The notes: generated by a model from the sequence alone, not told the origin. 64,000 nt of DNA from an uncultured Gemmatimonadaceae bacterium (GCA_963822945.1 CAWGJO010000022.1:8182-72181), one strand, 5' to 3'; shown: positions 27,082 to 38,668, counted from the stretch's first letter. A program made the numbers and translations.

Positions 27082-27741
27082 ATGGTCGGGAAGCGTCCCG
27101 GGAAGCGGCACTATGAATCGCCGACGCGGCGCGCGCGGGCGGCCGCAACTCGGCAGCAGGTGGTCGGTGCCGCACGTGCGCTGTTTCTCGCTCAGGGATA
27201 TGCGGCGACGACCATCGAGGCGGTGGCGCACGACGCGGGTGTGGCGGTGCAGACGATCTATGCGACCTTCGGTTCGAAGCGCGCGATCCTGCTTGCGTTG
27301 CTGGACGCGCTCGAGGCCGAGGCCGATCTCGGGGCGCTCACGCGCGAGTTGCAGATCGCCGCCGACGATGAGCGCCGGCAGGCGGCCGCGATCGTGGCGT
27401 TCGAGGTTCGGCTGTTCCAACGGGGCGCCGGCGTGCTGGCGATGGTGCGGGGCGCCGGCGAAGCGGACGCCGATCTGACCGCGCTCTGGCGGGCCGGCGA
27501 GGCGCGCCGGCGTTCCGGGCTGGCTCCCGTCGTCCGGACGTGGAATCGCCGCGGCGTGCTGCGTGCGGGGGTGTCCGAACGGCAGGCGCTCGACATCGTC
27601 TGGGCGCTCACCGGGGCCGACCACTACCGGCTGTTCGTGGAGGAGTGCGGCTGGTCGGCGCGCCGGTATCGCGCATGGCTGACCACGGCGCTCGTTGCGG
27701 CATTGTTCGGCGGGGCCGATGCGCGCGCCTCAGGCGGTTGA
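27082..27741 (+). CDS. TetR/AcrR-family transcriptional regulator
   Basis: ORF 27082..27741. HTH region ARALFLAQGYAATTIEAVAHDAGVAVQTIYATFGSKRAIL. Confidence 0.9.
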   Translation: MVGKRPGKRHYESPTRRARAAATRQQVVGAARALFLAQGYAATTIEAVAHDAGVAVQTIYATFGSKRAILLALLDALEAEADLGALTRELQIAADDERRQAAAIVAFEVRLFQRGAGVLAMVRGAGEADADLTALWRAGEARRRSGLAPVVRTWNRRGVLRAGVSERQALDIVWALTGADHYRLFVEECGWSARRYRAWLTTALVAALFGGADARASGG

Positions 27742-27858
27742 CGATCGACGACTGGTCGGGGGATCGTCGTTCGGTAGCTTCTGGCGCCGCCGTGCACGGG
27801 CCCGCAAGTTTGGCCGGTCCCCTCCGCTCCCGACCTTCCCACCGCGACCCTTCGCCGC

Positions 27859-29830
27859 ATGCCACCAAAAGAACTCACCCTCCGCGGTCTCGTGCTCGGC
27901 GCGCTCATCACGACGCTCTTCACGGCGGCCAATGTCTACCTCGGCCTCAAGGTCGGGCTCACGTTCGCCTCGTCCATTCCCGCCGCGGTGATCTCGATGG
28001 CCGTGCTCAGCGTGGTGAAGGATTCGTCGATTCTCGAGAACAACATCGTGCAGACGGTTGCGTCGGCGGCGGGCACGCTGTCGGCGATCATCTTCGTGCT
28101 GCCGGGCCTGGTGATCGTCGGCTGGTGGCAGGGATTTCCCTTCTGGGAGTCGTTTCTGGTGTGCGCGAGCGGCGGCGTTCTCGGGGTACTGTTCACGATC
28201 CCGTTGCGGCGCGCGCTGGTAACGACGTCCGACCTGCCGTATCCCGAAGGGGTGGCGGCGGCCGAGGTACTGCGGGTGGGGTCCGGTACGCGTGGCGAGA
28301 CGACGGACGACACCGGCGAGGCCCGGGAGGGACTGCGCGCGGTGATCCTGGGCGGGGCGACCTCGGCGGGGCTTGCGATCCTCACGGCCACGCAGATTGC
28401 CGCCGGCGAGTTGACGGGATACTTCCCGGTGGGCGTCTCGGCGGCGAGCGGGTACGACATGGCGTGGTCGCTCGCGCTCGTCGGCGCCGGGCACCTGGTA
28501 GGGCTGTCCGTGGGCATGGCGATGTTCGCCGGCCTCATCATTGCGTGGGGCATCGCGGTTCCGATCCTGACCGCCATGCAGGGGGCCATTCCGGCCGGCA
28601 TGACGCTCGCCTCGAGCACCGCGCACATCTGGAGCACGCAGGTGCGGTTCATCGGCGCGGGCGCCATCGGCGTGGCTGCCATCTACACGCTGGCGACGCT
28701 GACCAGGCCCGTGGTCGGCGGGCTGGTGAGCACGCTGGTCGCGTCGCGTGCGGCGGCGGGCGGTGACGAGCGCGACCGGGACCTGTCGCCCGGGCTGGAT
28801 TCTGGGGTTGGCCATCGGGTGCGCGTTGGTGGCCGGTGGCCTGGCCTATCACTTCGCCGCGGGTACGGTGCTGGCGCCGGAGGCCGGCCGGCTGACAGCC
28901 GTGGCCGTTCCATTCGTGGTGATCGTGGGGTTCATCATCGCCGGGATCTGCGGATACATGGCGGGCCTCATCGGCGCGTCGAACAGCCCGATTTCGGGGG
29001 TCGGCATTCTCTCGATCGTGGTGTGCGCGTCGATTCTGGCCATGGTGGTCCGGCCGGCCGATGCGGCCAAGCCGGCGCTCGTGGCGTTCTCGCTGTTCGT
29101 AACGGCCATCGTGTTCGCGTGCGCGACCATTTCCAACGACAACCTCCAGGATCTGAAGACCGGCCAGCTCGTGGGCGCGTCGCCGCGGCGGCAGCAGATC
29201 GCGCTCATCGTGGGCGTGGGCGCCGGCGCGGCCGTCATTCCGTGGGTGCTCAACCTGCTCGCCAAGGCATACGGATTTGCCGGGGCTCCGAACGTGGGGG
29301 TGCTGGTGCCCGATCATGCGCTCCCGGCGCCGCAGGCCGTTCTGATCTCGGCGCTGGCCAAGGGCGTGATCGGGGGGAACCTCAACTGGACGATGATCGG
29401 CATCGGCGGCCTGGTGGGCGTGGGGCTGATTCTGGCCGATACGGCGCTCGGGGCGTTGCACAAGCTGCGCATTCCGCCGCTCGCCGTGGGGATCGGGATC
29501 TACCTACCGATGTCGGCGACGTTCGCCGTCGTGGTGGGCGCGGTCTTGTCACACTGGTACGACCGGCGCGTGCGCCGGTTGCCCGATCCCGAACGCGCCC
29601 AGCGGCTGGGCACGCTGGTCGCCTCAGGGCTGATCGTCGGGGAGAGCCTGTGGGGCGTGCTCAACGCCGGGTTGATCGTGGGGCTGTCAAAGGAGGCGCC
29701 GATCGGGCTCGTGCCGTCGAGCTTCGCGCCGGCGCCATGGCTGGGTGTGCTGGGGTTCGTCGCGTGCCTGGTGTTCGTATACCGCTGGATGTTGCGGCGA
29801 TCGGCCGAGATGCAGGGGGCGGCGCAGTAG
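27859..29830 (+). pseudogene. OPT-family oligopeptide transporter, split by one frame change near 28790 as assembled
   Basis: N-terminal half is ORF 27859..29937 (LTLRGLVLGALITTLFTAANVYLGLKVGLTFASSIPAAV) up to ...GGDERDRDL. It continues in ORF 28748..29830 (GWILGLAIGCALV...ASNSPISGVGILS...TISNDNLQDLKTGQLVGASPRRQQ). The junction lies in tcgcccgggc. Confidence 0.85.
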
Positions 29831-29879
29831 CGGGCCATGCGGGCGGGCGACGGTCGCTGATGCCACCGCGCGCCGCCCG

Positions 29880-30649
29880 TCACTGCACACGCTCCCTGTC
29901 GCGCGCGTCCCCGACCCAATATCCCGGCCGGCCGTAGTGGCGATGCAGCCGTGCTTCGTATTCGCGTGTTACGAGAAGGTGCTCCGTGTACCTGGGTGAC
30001 TGGCGGATGGTCTCCCCGGTCAGCGCGACGAAGAGTTCCCGGCGGTCCACCATCCAGGCGCACCCATTGCGGGGATAGCAGCACCTGCTCCCCCGGCCAC
30101 CAGTTCTGGGCCTTGACGATCAGATACCGGATGACCCACGCGTCGTAATCGATGATGACATCGTCGACATGACCCATCTCGCCGTCGGGGGTCTGGATGT
30201 ACCAGCCGCGCACGTCGCTGGTGCTGTGCACCGGCCACCCGCGCTCGGTGCGATCCGTCGCGTCGTCCGTCCAGTGCCGAGGTTCACGGATCGAGGTCCG
30301 GAGAATGCCCCCAGGTGTAGGGGCCGATCCAGTACCGTGGCCACCCGTGAAAGCGATAATACGCGTCCTCGAATGTGCGAGAACACGGACTGGTCAGCGA
30401 GCCAAGGCCGGCTCATCCTCGATCTGGCGCCTGGTCAACCCGAGGACGATGCGGTGGCGCTCCCGGGCCACCGCATCCGGCGCCGTAGGGGGAGATCAGC
30501 ACCTGGCGGCCAGCGAGCCAACTGCGGTGTCGGCGCCGGTCGCGGATCGCCGAATGGCGGTAGTCGAAGTAGAACTCCTTGAGCTTGCCGATGTCCCCTT
30601 CGCCGGTACACAGCTTGTATCCGAAGAGCGTCTTGGCTTTGTCGAGCAT
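29880..30649 (-). pseudogene. tandem PRC-barrel domain protein, at least 4 frame changes as assembled
   Basis: MLDKAKTLFGYKLCTGEGDIGKLKEFYFDYRHSAIR...SWLAGRQVLISPY (ORF 30413..30649). My translations of other frames give APDAVAREGHRIVLGLTRRQIEDEPALA and RTFEDAYYRFHGWPRYWIGPYTWG. HSTSDVRGWYIQTPDGEMGHVDDVIIDYDAWVIRYLIVKAQNWWPGEQVLLSPQWV is in ORF 29500..30231. The end is AWMVDRRELFVALTGETIRQSPRYTEHLLVTREYEARLHRHYGRPGYWVGDARDRERVQ*. Confidence 0.75.
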
Positions 30650-31184
30650 GTGGCGTTCCTCGGCGTTTCTCGGGGGGGGACGGATTCAGCGAGGCCGGCG
30701 GATGGATAGCTGATGTTACGGCCATCGGGCCCCCGTTCGCATCGCTCGAAAGAATGAGCTTTTGGGGTAGCCCGTATGGGGGACGCCGGGGTTCCTTCGG
30801 TGTTCGTCTGCCGGGCCAACGGGCACTGGGCGCGCCGACGCGGCGCGCTCGTCCAAAAGAACTACACCCAGATTCATTCGATCAGGCGATACCAGTGGCT
30901 TCCCGTCGCGCCCTATCCTCACAACGTCACGTCAAACTGCTGCGGATCTGCGGCAGGGCGGACGAGCCGAGCGCGTATCTCGCTGAGTCTGTGGTGCGCG
31001 AACGTCGCGAGATGGCCGCATGTGGCATGCATGACACGACGAGCGGAGCCGGTATCATGAAAGCACCATACCAGATCAGCGACCCGTGCGGTGCTTCGCC
31101 GAGGTCGCCGGTAGCGTCGAATCTGCCCCCCGCGGGGGTGCCGTGGCGCTTCACCCCGCCGCAGGCGACGTCCGCCAGCGCGTC

Positions 31185-32565
31185 ATGCGGGGGGAGCGTG
31201 CCGTGGCTGCGGCTCCGCTTTCGCTCCGAATCCTCGCTATCGCAACGGAGAGCGAGCCCGACGCATTCCGATCGCTCAAGCGATGGACGCATCCCGCCGG
31301 GCATGCGGTGGAAGTCGTGGCCGACTTCGGCAGCGCCGTGCGCCGTGTGGCATCGGCCCGGTGGGACGTCGTTGCCCCGGTCCTGGATGGCGACCATCTC
31401 TTGGAGGATCTGGACTGGTGGGCCAGAGACGGTCCGCCAGCTGGAGGGGGTCGCGGCTGCTCCCATTCGCGCGAAACCTGTCGTTGCCGCTGCTCCTTCG
31501 CGCCGAGCAACTGTCGGTGCTCGAACTGCTACCGCTCCCCGTGCGGTTCGACGACGTGACTCGTCTGCTGCAGCGGCTTCACCATTCGGCCGAGGATGTT
31601 CGCGTCCCGCTCCTCGCCGTCGAGACGCACACGGCGGGGCGCGCCACGATGGTGGGGCGGAGCCGAGCCATCGTTGACGTGTACAAGATGATTGCCCGTG
31701 TGGCCCCAAGCCCCGCCACCGTACTCCTGGTGGGAGAGTCCCGGCACCGGGAAGGAAGTGGTGGCGCGTGCCATCCATGCCGCCAGCCCACGCGCCGCAG
31801 GGCCTTTCATCTCCGTCAACTGTGCCGCGATTCCCGATCACCTGCTGGAGAGCGAGCTGTTCGGACATGAGAAGGGCGCGTTCACGGGCGCGATGCGCGG
31901 CGTACCGGGCGGTTGCGAGATGGCCGTGGGCGGCCACTGTTCCTGGATGAGATCGCCGACATGAGCGTGGCGTTGCAGGCGAAGATCCTGCGCGGCATTC
32001 AGGAACGCGCGATCGAACGCCTCGGCGGAGGGGTCGCCATCCCGGTGGACATCCGGTTCATCGCCGCCACGAATTGCGACCTGCAGGAAGCCATCGCCGA
32101 GAACAAGTTCCGCGAGGACCTGTATTTCCGACTGTCGGTGTTCACGATCCGCCTTCCGCCACTCGCCGAGCGCGCCGACGACCTGCTGCTGCTGACGTCG
32201 TACTTCATCAACGACTTTTCCCGGCAGTACCGCAAGCACGTCGAAACGATCTCCGAGGATGCGCTGGAACTGCTCCGGGCCCATGACTGGGTCGGCAACG
32301 TGCGTGAGCTGCGGAACGTGCTGAAGCCGCGGTCGTCTTTGCGGCCGACGGTGGTGCGCGCCGAACACCTCCCTCGGGAATTCCGTCTCCACGCCGCGAG
32401 CCCCGATCCCGGACCGCGCCCGCCCCGGACACGCTGGCGTCCGTGAGGGCCGAGCACATCGCCGGGGTACTCGCACAGACGGGGAGGCGTGATGTGGAGC
32501 GCGGCGGGCATCCTCGGCATTCACCGCAACACGCTCGCACGGCAGATGCGGGAGGCGGCATCTGA
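31185..32565 (+). pseudogene. NtrC-family sigma54-dependent transcriptional activator with an atypical N-terminal receiver-like region; about 8 frame changes as assembled
   Basis: Pieces in ORFs 31086..31559, 31283..31870, 31692..31964, 31913..32446 and 32489..32731. [31 protein letters not shown] | [50 protein letters not shown] | [19 protein letters not shown]...IRFIAATNCDLQEAIAENKFREDLYFRL...GNVRELRNVL | AAGILGIHRNTLARQMREA. The end at TGA 32563-32565 is inferred. Confidence 0.8.
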
Positions 32566-32715
32566 ACGGCGGCCAGGCGCGACGATTCCGGCCGTCAGCC
32601 GGTCGACTGGCCCGCCCATCGCAGTCGGGGCCAGCCCGGGTTCCGGTGACGACGGATCTCGGCCGCGCCATTCCTTGTTCGTGGCCCGCTCGACGCCGGG
32701 CAGGGGGAGATTCTC

Positions 32716-33036
32716 GTGGAGATTCAGGTGAATACCGGTAGCGATCTTGGGGGAACGGCGGCGTTCATCGAGGGGGTCGTGACGGTCGTGCGGGCGGCGC
32801 TGGGCCGGTTCGAACACCGCGTGACGGCACGTCGAAGTCCACCTGACCGATGAAAACGGCAGCGTGAAGAGTGGCACTCGCGACAAGCGTTGCATGATGG
32901 AGGCGCGCCCGGCCGGTCTCGCCCCGATCGCCGTGATCCATTGTGCAGATTCCCGGAGAAGGCGCTGGCCGGCGCGGCTGCGAAGATGGAACGAACGCTA
33001 CGGCGCACGCTGGGTAAACGCGAAGATCGCCGCTGA
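32716..33036 (+). pseudogene. HPF/RaiA-family (sigma54-modulation-protein-like) small protein, two frame changes as assembled
   Basis: GTG 32716 after RBS GGGGGAGA. MEIQVNTGSDLGGTAAFIEGVVTVVRAALGRFEHRVT | HVEVHLTDENGSVKSGTRDKRCMMEARPAGLAPIAVIHCADS | PEKALAGAAAKMERTLRRTLGKREDRR*. The middle piece is the start of ORF 32864..33364. Confidence 0.6.
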
Positions 33037-33475
33037 CGAGCTGCCGAACGAGCTGCTACGGGCACGCAAGGCCAGCACGCCGACGTCCGTCGCCATAGAC
33101 CCGCGGCGGACGTGGTGGACGCTGATGGACCAGTCGGCGTGCCGGATTACCCTGGCCCTTCCGGTTTCGCTTCGCTCGCCATCCGGACAACGATCGTGGT
33201 CGAGAACGGGCGCTGCCCGGTACCGCGTCGTCGCCGGGTCATCGTCATGGCACCCTGCTCAGCATAGGCGCGGCGGCGCGCGGTCCATCGCACGAAGGGA
33301 TGAACGTGGACTCGTGCCCCGCGCCCGCCGTCCGGCTCCACGAACGCGCCCCCAATCGAGCTAGGCCGATGTAGCCCATTCGGCCGATGGGCGCGTCTCG
33401 AGACGCCGCTACCCTCGGACGGGCCCCGGGAGCGGGGCGAAGCACGATTCCCATGACGCGAGTACGGGGTGTCTG

Positions 33476-33640
33476 ATGTCGAACACCGGCGAGGAACGCC
33501 GCTCCAACGTTCGATGGAGCAATGGAGACAACGGGAGTGTTGCGCCGTCCGCCTTCGACCGGGCCGGCTGGATACTGCGGTATCTCGCCACGAGCGCCCG
33601 GAACCGCTGGCCGGGCAATCCAGCATGGATGCGCCCGATG
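33476..33640 (+). pseudogene. PRC-barrel-like relic (low confidence)
   Basis: Start of ORF 33476..33949. RRSNVRWSNGDNGSVAPSAFDRAGWILRYLATSARNRWPGN resembles STSDVRGWYIQTPDGEMGHVDDVIIDYDAWVIRYLIVKAQNWWPGEQ of the gene at 29880..30649. No recognisable continuation. Confidence 0.3.
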
Positions 33641-34102
33641 CGGAGCCGCGGCCGCGAGGAACGCCGCGATGCCGGACGACGTGAAGGGGTGCATCGGTTC
33701 CACGCCACTCTGGCTCGGCGGGACGTCTGGACGATTCACGGATTGCTCCTCATCGGCCGGGCGAGATCGGCGGGGACGAAGGGCCTGGCTCGTGTGATCA
33801 TTCGCGCTATGCACCTGACGGTCAGCAGCAATGCGTGGTCCCAACTGCGCGGGCGCCAGGCCCGGGTTTTCACCGCACCGATTCCCGGGATCTCCCGACT
33901 TACTCCGCGGGAATTGCGGGCGATTCTGAAAGCAGGGGGCGAACAGTAGCGGGCGAGGCGCGCCGGCTCCGCGTGCCCGTCGTGCACCGGTCCGGATCGA
34001 CAGGGAGCCGTGGATGGCCCATAATGCGAATTACTCCTCGCCCGCCGGCTGGAACCGCCGCCGGTCCTCGGTCAGCCACGGGACACCAGCAGCGAGGATG
34101 CG

Positions 34103-34788
34103 ATGATGAACGTCGCACTCATCGAGGACAATCGCCTCGTCCGTGAGGGCATGGCGAGCGGTGGCCGGCGACCCGACGTCAGGTCGTGCTGGCCGCGCCC
34201 GACGTCGATCCGCCGGAACTGCGGGAGAAGCAGCCCCGCGTGGTGCTCATCGACGCCGGGCTGGAGGAGCGGAACAGCCTGCACCTCGCCAGAGTCATCA
34301 AGCGGGAGATGACGGACGCGGAAGTCATCGTCATGGACCTGCTGCCGACCCATGAGGAGATCGCGCAGTTCGTGAAGGCAGGCGTGGCGGGATTCATCCT
34401 CAAGGACGCGACATGGGACGACATGGTGAAGACCATTCGTTCCGTCGCCGCCGGGGCGCGCGTGCTGCCACCGCGCCTGACCGGCACGTTGTTCTCGCAG
34501 ATTGCGGAGGCCGCCGTGCTGCGGGGGCGGGAGGAGGCGCTCTCCTCGGCGCACCTCACGGAGCGGGAGCGGGAGGTGATGGCGTTGATCGCCGCCGGCC
34601 TGAGTAACAAGGAGATCGCCGCCAGGCTCGACATCGCGCTGTACACGGTCAAAAGCCACGTGCACAACATCATGGACAAACTGGCCCTGCATACGCGCCT
34701 GCAGATCGCCGCCTACTCGCGAGGGGCGCCGGAGGCCGTTGTGACGCTCGAGTTCCCCCGCGGGGGCAGGCGAAGCGTCCCCGACTGA
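34103..34788 (+). pseudogene. NarL/LuxR-family response regulator, one frame change near 34180 as assembled
   Basis: MMNVALIEDNRLVREGMA...PDVR (ORF 34103..34312), then VVLAAPDVDPPELREKQPRVVLIDAGL...HLTEREREVMALIAAGLSNKEIAARLDIALYTVKSHVHNIMDKL (ORF 34186..34788). Confidence 0.8.
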
Positions 34789-34942
34789 CTCGAACGGGCT
34801 ACTCCACGGCTCATCCGTTTGGGCGATGGGCCCTCCTCGACATGCAGCGTATTCTCATGACAATACGGGCGACTGGCCGAAGTCCCTCCGTGCGTCAGCG
34901 GGCGGGGAGGCCGGCGCGATCATTCCCGGATTGCCTACCGGG

Positions 34943-35223
34943 ATGGAGGTTCGACGAGTGCGACCAAGCGTGTTCACGGACGAGGAAATCGCGCAGGCGA
35001 TTCGTCAGGTTGGGCGGGAACTCCCGCCGCGCAGATGTGCCGGACGATGAACGTCACGCAGAGCACGTTCTATCGCTGGCGCAGAAAGTACGAACGCACG
35101 GTGGAAAACGAACCGCGAACCATCGGCGACGTTCGTATGGAGAATCGGCAACTCAAGCGAATCATGGCGGAACTGCTGGTCGGGCGGCACGGATCGACCG
35201 GGCGCCGCGGGGAGTTGTCCTAA
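34943..35223 (+). mobile_element. IS3-family orfA (HTH transposase helper) remnant, one frame change, no orfB
   Basis: MEVRRVRPSVFTDEEIAQAIRQVGRELPP (ORF 34826..35050), then DVCRTMNVTQSTFYRWRRKYERTVENEPRTIGDVRMENRQLKRIMAELL (ORF 35035..35223). I saw no transposase catalytic ORF or inverted repeats. Confidence 0.5.
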
Positions 35224-35287
35224 CCGGTCGGCGCGATACGGTCACGCCGGCGCATCCGCCACCGCTTCGGGGAGTGAGGAACGGGAT

Positions 35288-35437
35288 ATGTTGATGACAC
35301 TTGCGGTCATACTGATCGTGCTGTGGTTGCTCGGGCTCGTCACATCGTACACCATGGGCGGCCTGATTCATATCCTGCTCGTGCTCGCGATCATCGTGAT
35401 CGTGGTGCACGTGATTCAGGGCCGGAAGGTCGCGTAA
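35288..35437 (+). CDS. Lmo0937-family small membrane protein (49 aa)
   Basis: Below the track length cut-off; my translation is MLMTLAVILIVLWLLGLVTSYTMGGLIHILLVLAIIVIVVHVIQGRKVA. RBS GGAGTGAGGAA. Confidence 0.75.
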   Translation: MLMTLAVILIVLWLLGLVTSYTMGGLIHILLVLAIIVIVVHVIQGRKVA

Positions 35438-35559
35438 TTGTGCCGACACCGACGCGGTCGTGAACCCGATCATGCGGGCGGGAGCGGCGACCGAAATACC
35501 GAGCTCGTTCACGGAGCAGCAGGCCGCGCGGCGGCGCGGCCTGCCACGTCCACCTACGT

Positions 35560-38500
35560 CTACGGCCGGTCCGGCCCCGGATTCGCCAATTCGTCCTTCT
35601 TGAGGAAGGGCACCCCGTCGGTCATCCACTTGGGCGCAGGCGCGTCCATGAGATAGTGATCGAAGAACTGGAAGAACCTCGTGGTGAGGTCCTTGCGGTT
35701 TCCGAGTTTGCTCAGGTGGTGTCCCTCGCCCGGGTAGGCCAGCAGCACGGCGTTCTTGCCGTTGTATCGAAGCGCATTGTAGAAGTTGAGGCTCTCGATG
35801 AACGACACCGTCGGGTCGGCGGTGCCGTGCATGATGAGGATCGGTTCGGTCACCTCGCGCACGTGGGTCAACGCGGATTCGTCGTGGTAGACGTCGGGCC
35901 GGTCCCAGGGCGCGAAGCCCCACCGGCCCTGGCCGTAGATGTAGTACTGGTTGCCGTTCTCACCGGAACCGCCGCTGTTCTGGTACGACCAGCCCCATTC
36001 CTGGTTGAAGTCGGTGTACAGGTCGGTGACACCGGCGCCCTCCCCGACCGCCGCGAAGAGCCGCGAACGCGTCGCGATATACGCCGCCCCCTCGCCCGCA
36101 TAGCTGTGCCCGTGCAGCCCGATGTGCTTCGGGTCGGCGTACCCCATGGCGATCACTCGGCGCGTGGCCGCTTCCACACAGTCCAACTGGTCGTCGTGCG
36201 ACGTACCCGTGTTGTAATGGATGTCCGGAATCATCACGATGTACCCGCGGCTCACGGCTTCGATGGCCGGCCGGCCCATGCTCACCAGTAGCTCCGGCAT
36301 CGGGTACCGGTTCAGGAGCTGCGAGTTCTTCTCGTAGAACGTCACGAGCATCGGCCGCTTCTCGCCCGGCTTGTAGTCATCGGGGAACCAGAGCAGGCCC
36401 TGCAGCTTGTGCCCGTACCGGTCCTTGAAGTCGAAGAGGCTGTCGTGTCCCCACCGGAACTCCGCCTGCTGCGGGTTGGAGTTGGTGATCTGCGTGGCGC
36501 CCTTGAAGTCGGCGTCCGACACGCGCAGGTCGGGCGATGCGGTGAAGGTTTCCCGGGTGAACAGATACCGGTCGGCGTGCGCTGCCTTGTGTGCCGAGCT
36601 GTACGAGGCGGCGTCGTACACCATCTCGGTCAGCTTGCCGCCGTCGAGCGTGTAGAACCCGGCATCCTTCGACAGATCGCCGAACGCTGACAGGGTGACC
36701 GGCTTCGACAGGTCGATAGACGTCGCCGGTGCGTTCCTCGCGGCTGGCCATCGAGTCGATCGGTTGCAGCCGCGCCAGGCGCAGGATGGTCTTGTGCCGG
36801 GCGCCGAATCCGCTGGTGATGTTGGCCGCGGCGCCCTTGCCGTCCAGTGGCAGCGTCCAGAGGTCGTACTTGTCCTGGACGATGACGCGTGTGCCGTCGC
36901 TCGTGTACCCCGCCACGCCCCATGACGGTTTGGGGCCTGGATGATCGTATTCGGAATTCACGAAACTCGGCGCGCCGGCGCCGAGCGTGGTCGCGGTACC
37001 GGCCGCGAGGTCGTAGGCCTGGAACTTCCCGTCCTTCCAGTAGAGGAACGTGCGGCTGTCGGGCGAGATGCCGAATGCCGCGCCCTGCGTGAGCTGGTCT
37101 TTGAACATCAGCGTGCGCGCGCCGGTGGCCGTGTTGACGCGGTAGAAGTCGGCGGCGGCCGGCTTGTAGTCGGAGAGGTACGGCCGTGCATCGCGCCCCA
37201 CGGCCCAGCGGCCGTCCACCGAGATTTCGATGTCGCGCATCGTCGAGTCGCTGAGCGCCACGTACCGCGCGCCGGCGACGTCGAAGGCCTCGCGGTAGGT
37301 GAAGTTGCGATCGCGCTGGGCGCGGATCATCTGTGCCGATTGGATGTAGCGGTCGGCCGTCCGCCAGACATCCACGTTGGCCGTCGAGTCGCTGCTCTTC
37401 CGGCTGACCGTGTCGGCAGCCGGCGTCTGCGGCATCGCGCCGAAGAAGACGCGGGCGCCGTCCTCGCTCCAGGTGAGCGGCGCGCGGTCGCTGATCACCC
37501 AGCCGCGGGCGAACCCGGCGGCCGACGAATCGAGTGCAACCGGCGCCAGCGCCGGGTCGTCGAGCGCCCGGCGCACGTCCGGCACGACGAGCAGCATGTT
37601 CTCGCGCTCGCGCATCTTCGGCACCGGGGTCCCCTTGAGCACGGCCACGCCGGTGCCGGCGTCGTTCCAGGCCAGCCGGCTGTAGACGCGCGCATCGTTG
37701 TCGAGTGCCCGCGTACTGCCGCTGGCGAGGTCGGTGACGAACAGGCCGTTGCCGTCGCGCACCGCGGCATCGATGGTGTAGGCCAGCAGATCACCGGGGC
37801 GGTTGAAGGCCGCATCGGCGACGCTCCCGATGAACTGGCCCCGTCCGGTGGTCAGATCGTACACGATCGCGTCGGAGCCATGGCTGGGCGGTTCTGCCCC
37901 ACCGCCCCGGCCGCCCGGGAACCCGCCGCGTCCTCCCCGGCCACCGCCAGCCGCCGGACGGTCGCGCACGAGCACGAACCGCGAGTTCTGGGAGAACGTC
38001 GCCGACTGCATGTCGTGCCACACCGTGGTCTTGCCCGTGGCAAGTTCCCGGAGTTCGATCCGGTGCCGGGTGGAGTCACGGCTGCCGGCGCGCCCGATGC
38101 CCCCGGTTCCACCGGGCGTCCCCGGTGCGGGGGAGCGGCAGTGCCCGCACCCCGGCCGCCACGTCCGCCTCGCGGCGGCTGCGAATCCACCTCGTACGCG
38201 AGCCAGCGCCCGTCGGGGGAGAAGACTCCGTTGGAGGCGTTTGGAATCGCGATGTCCTGCCGCGTTTCGAGATTCCGTACATGCAGTTCGGGTTTCGCGT
38301 CGCGGGCCGCGACGTTGGTGAACCGATAGACGTAGATCACCCACCGGCCGTCGCTCGAGATGGCGTCGTTCTCGATCGTCCGCCAGCGCGAATAGTCGTC
38401 GACGGTCAGGACCCTCTTGCCCGTGGAATCGGGGTGAAGCCCGGCGGATCGCGCCGGAACGCGCGCCGACTGCGACAACGCGGGGGCCGGCAAGGACGCG

Positions 38501-38595
38501 GCCGCGAGCAGGGCTGCACATCCGAGGAGGACGCGGCGCGCGGCACGGAAGCCGGCACGGGGCGGGTGGGAACGACGGGAGGCGATTCTCGACAC
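35560..38595 (-). pseudogene. S9 prolyl-oligopeptidase-family serine peptidase with N-terminal beta-propeller region; two frame changes as assembled
   Basis: N-terminus with signal peptide in ORF 37852..38595, middle in ORF 36377..38626, catalytic domain in ORF 35560..36624 (GLHGHSYAGEGA, IMHGTADPTV, GEGHH). Junctions are at a G5 run 38129-38133 and near 36722. Confidence 0.85.
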
Positions 38596-38668
38596 GGGCT
38601 GCTCTCGAGGCGGGGTGAATCGCCAAGTTACGTCGCGGTACAGCAGGGGGCGATAGGGTGCGGTGCCG

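Noticed and set aside
32608-32696. Two GG-N10-GC sigma54-like promoter candidates (TGGCCCGCCCATCGCA at 32608-32623; TGGCCCGCTCGACGCC at 32681-32696) upstream of the HPF-like gene
   Set aside because: Both deviate from TGGCAC-N5-TTGCA at key -12 positions. GG-N10-GC occurs often by chance in GC-rich DNA. The second would remove the RBS from the transcript. They are kept only as a testable idea within the stress-block finding.
34943-35223. Programmed -1 frameshifting IS3 element
   Set aside because: Only an orfA-like HTH fragment is present. I saw no orfB/DDE transposase, slippery heptamer leading into a second ORF, or terminal inverted repeats. The frame change inside orfA looks like the other indels in this block.
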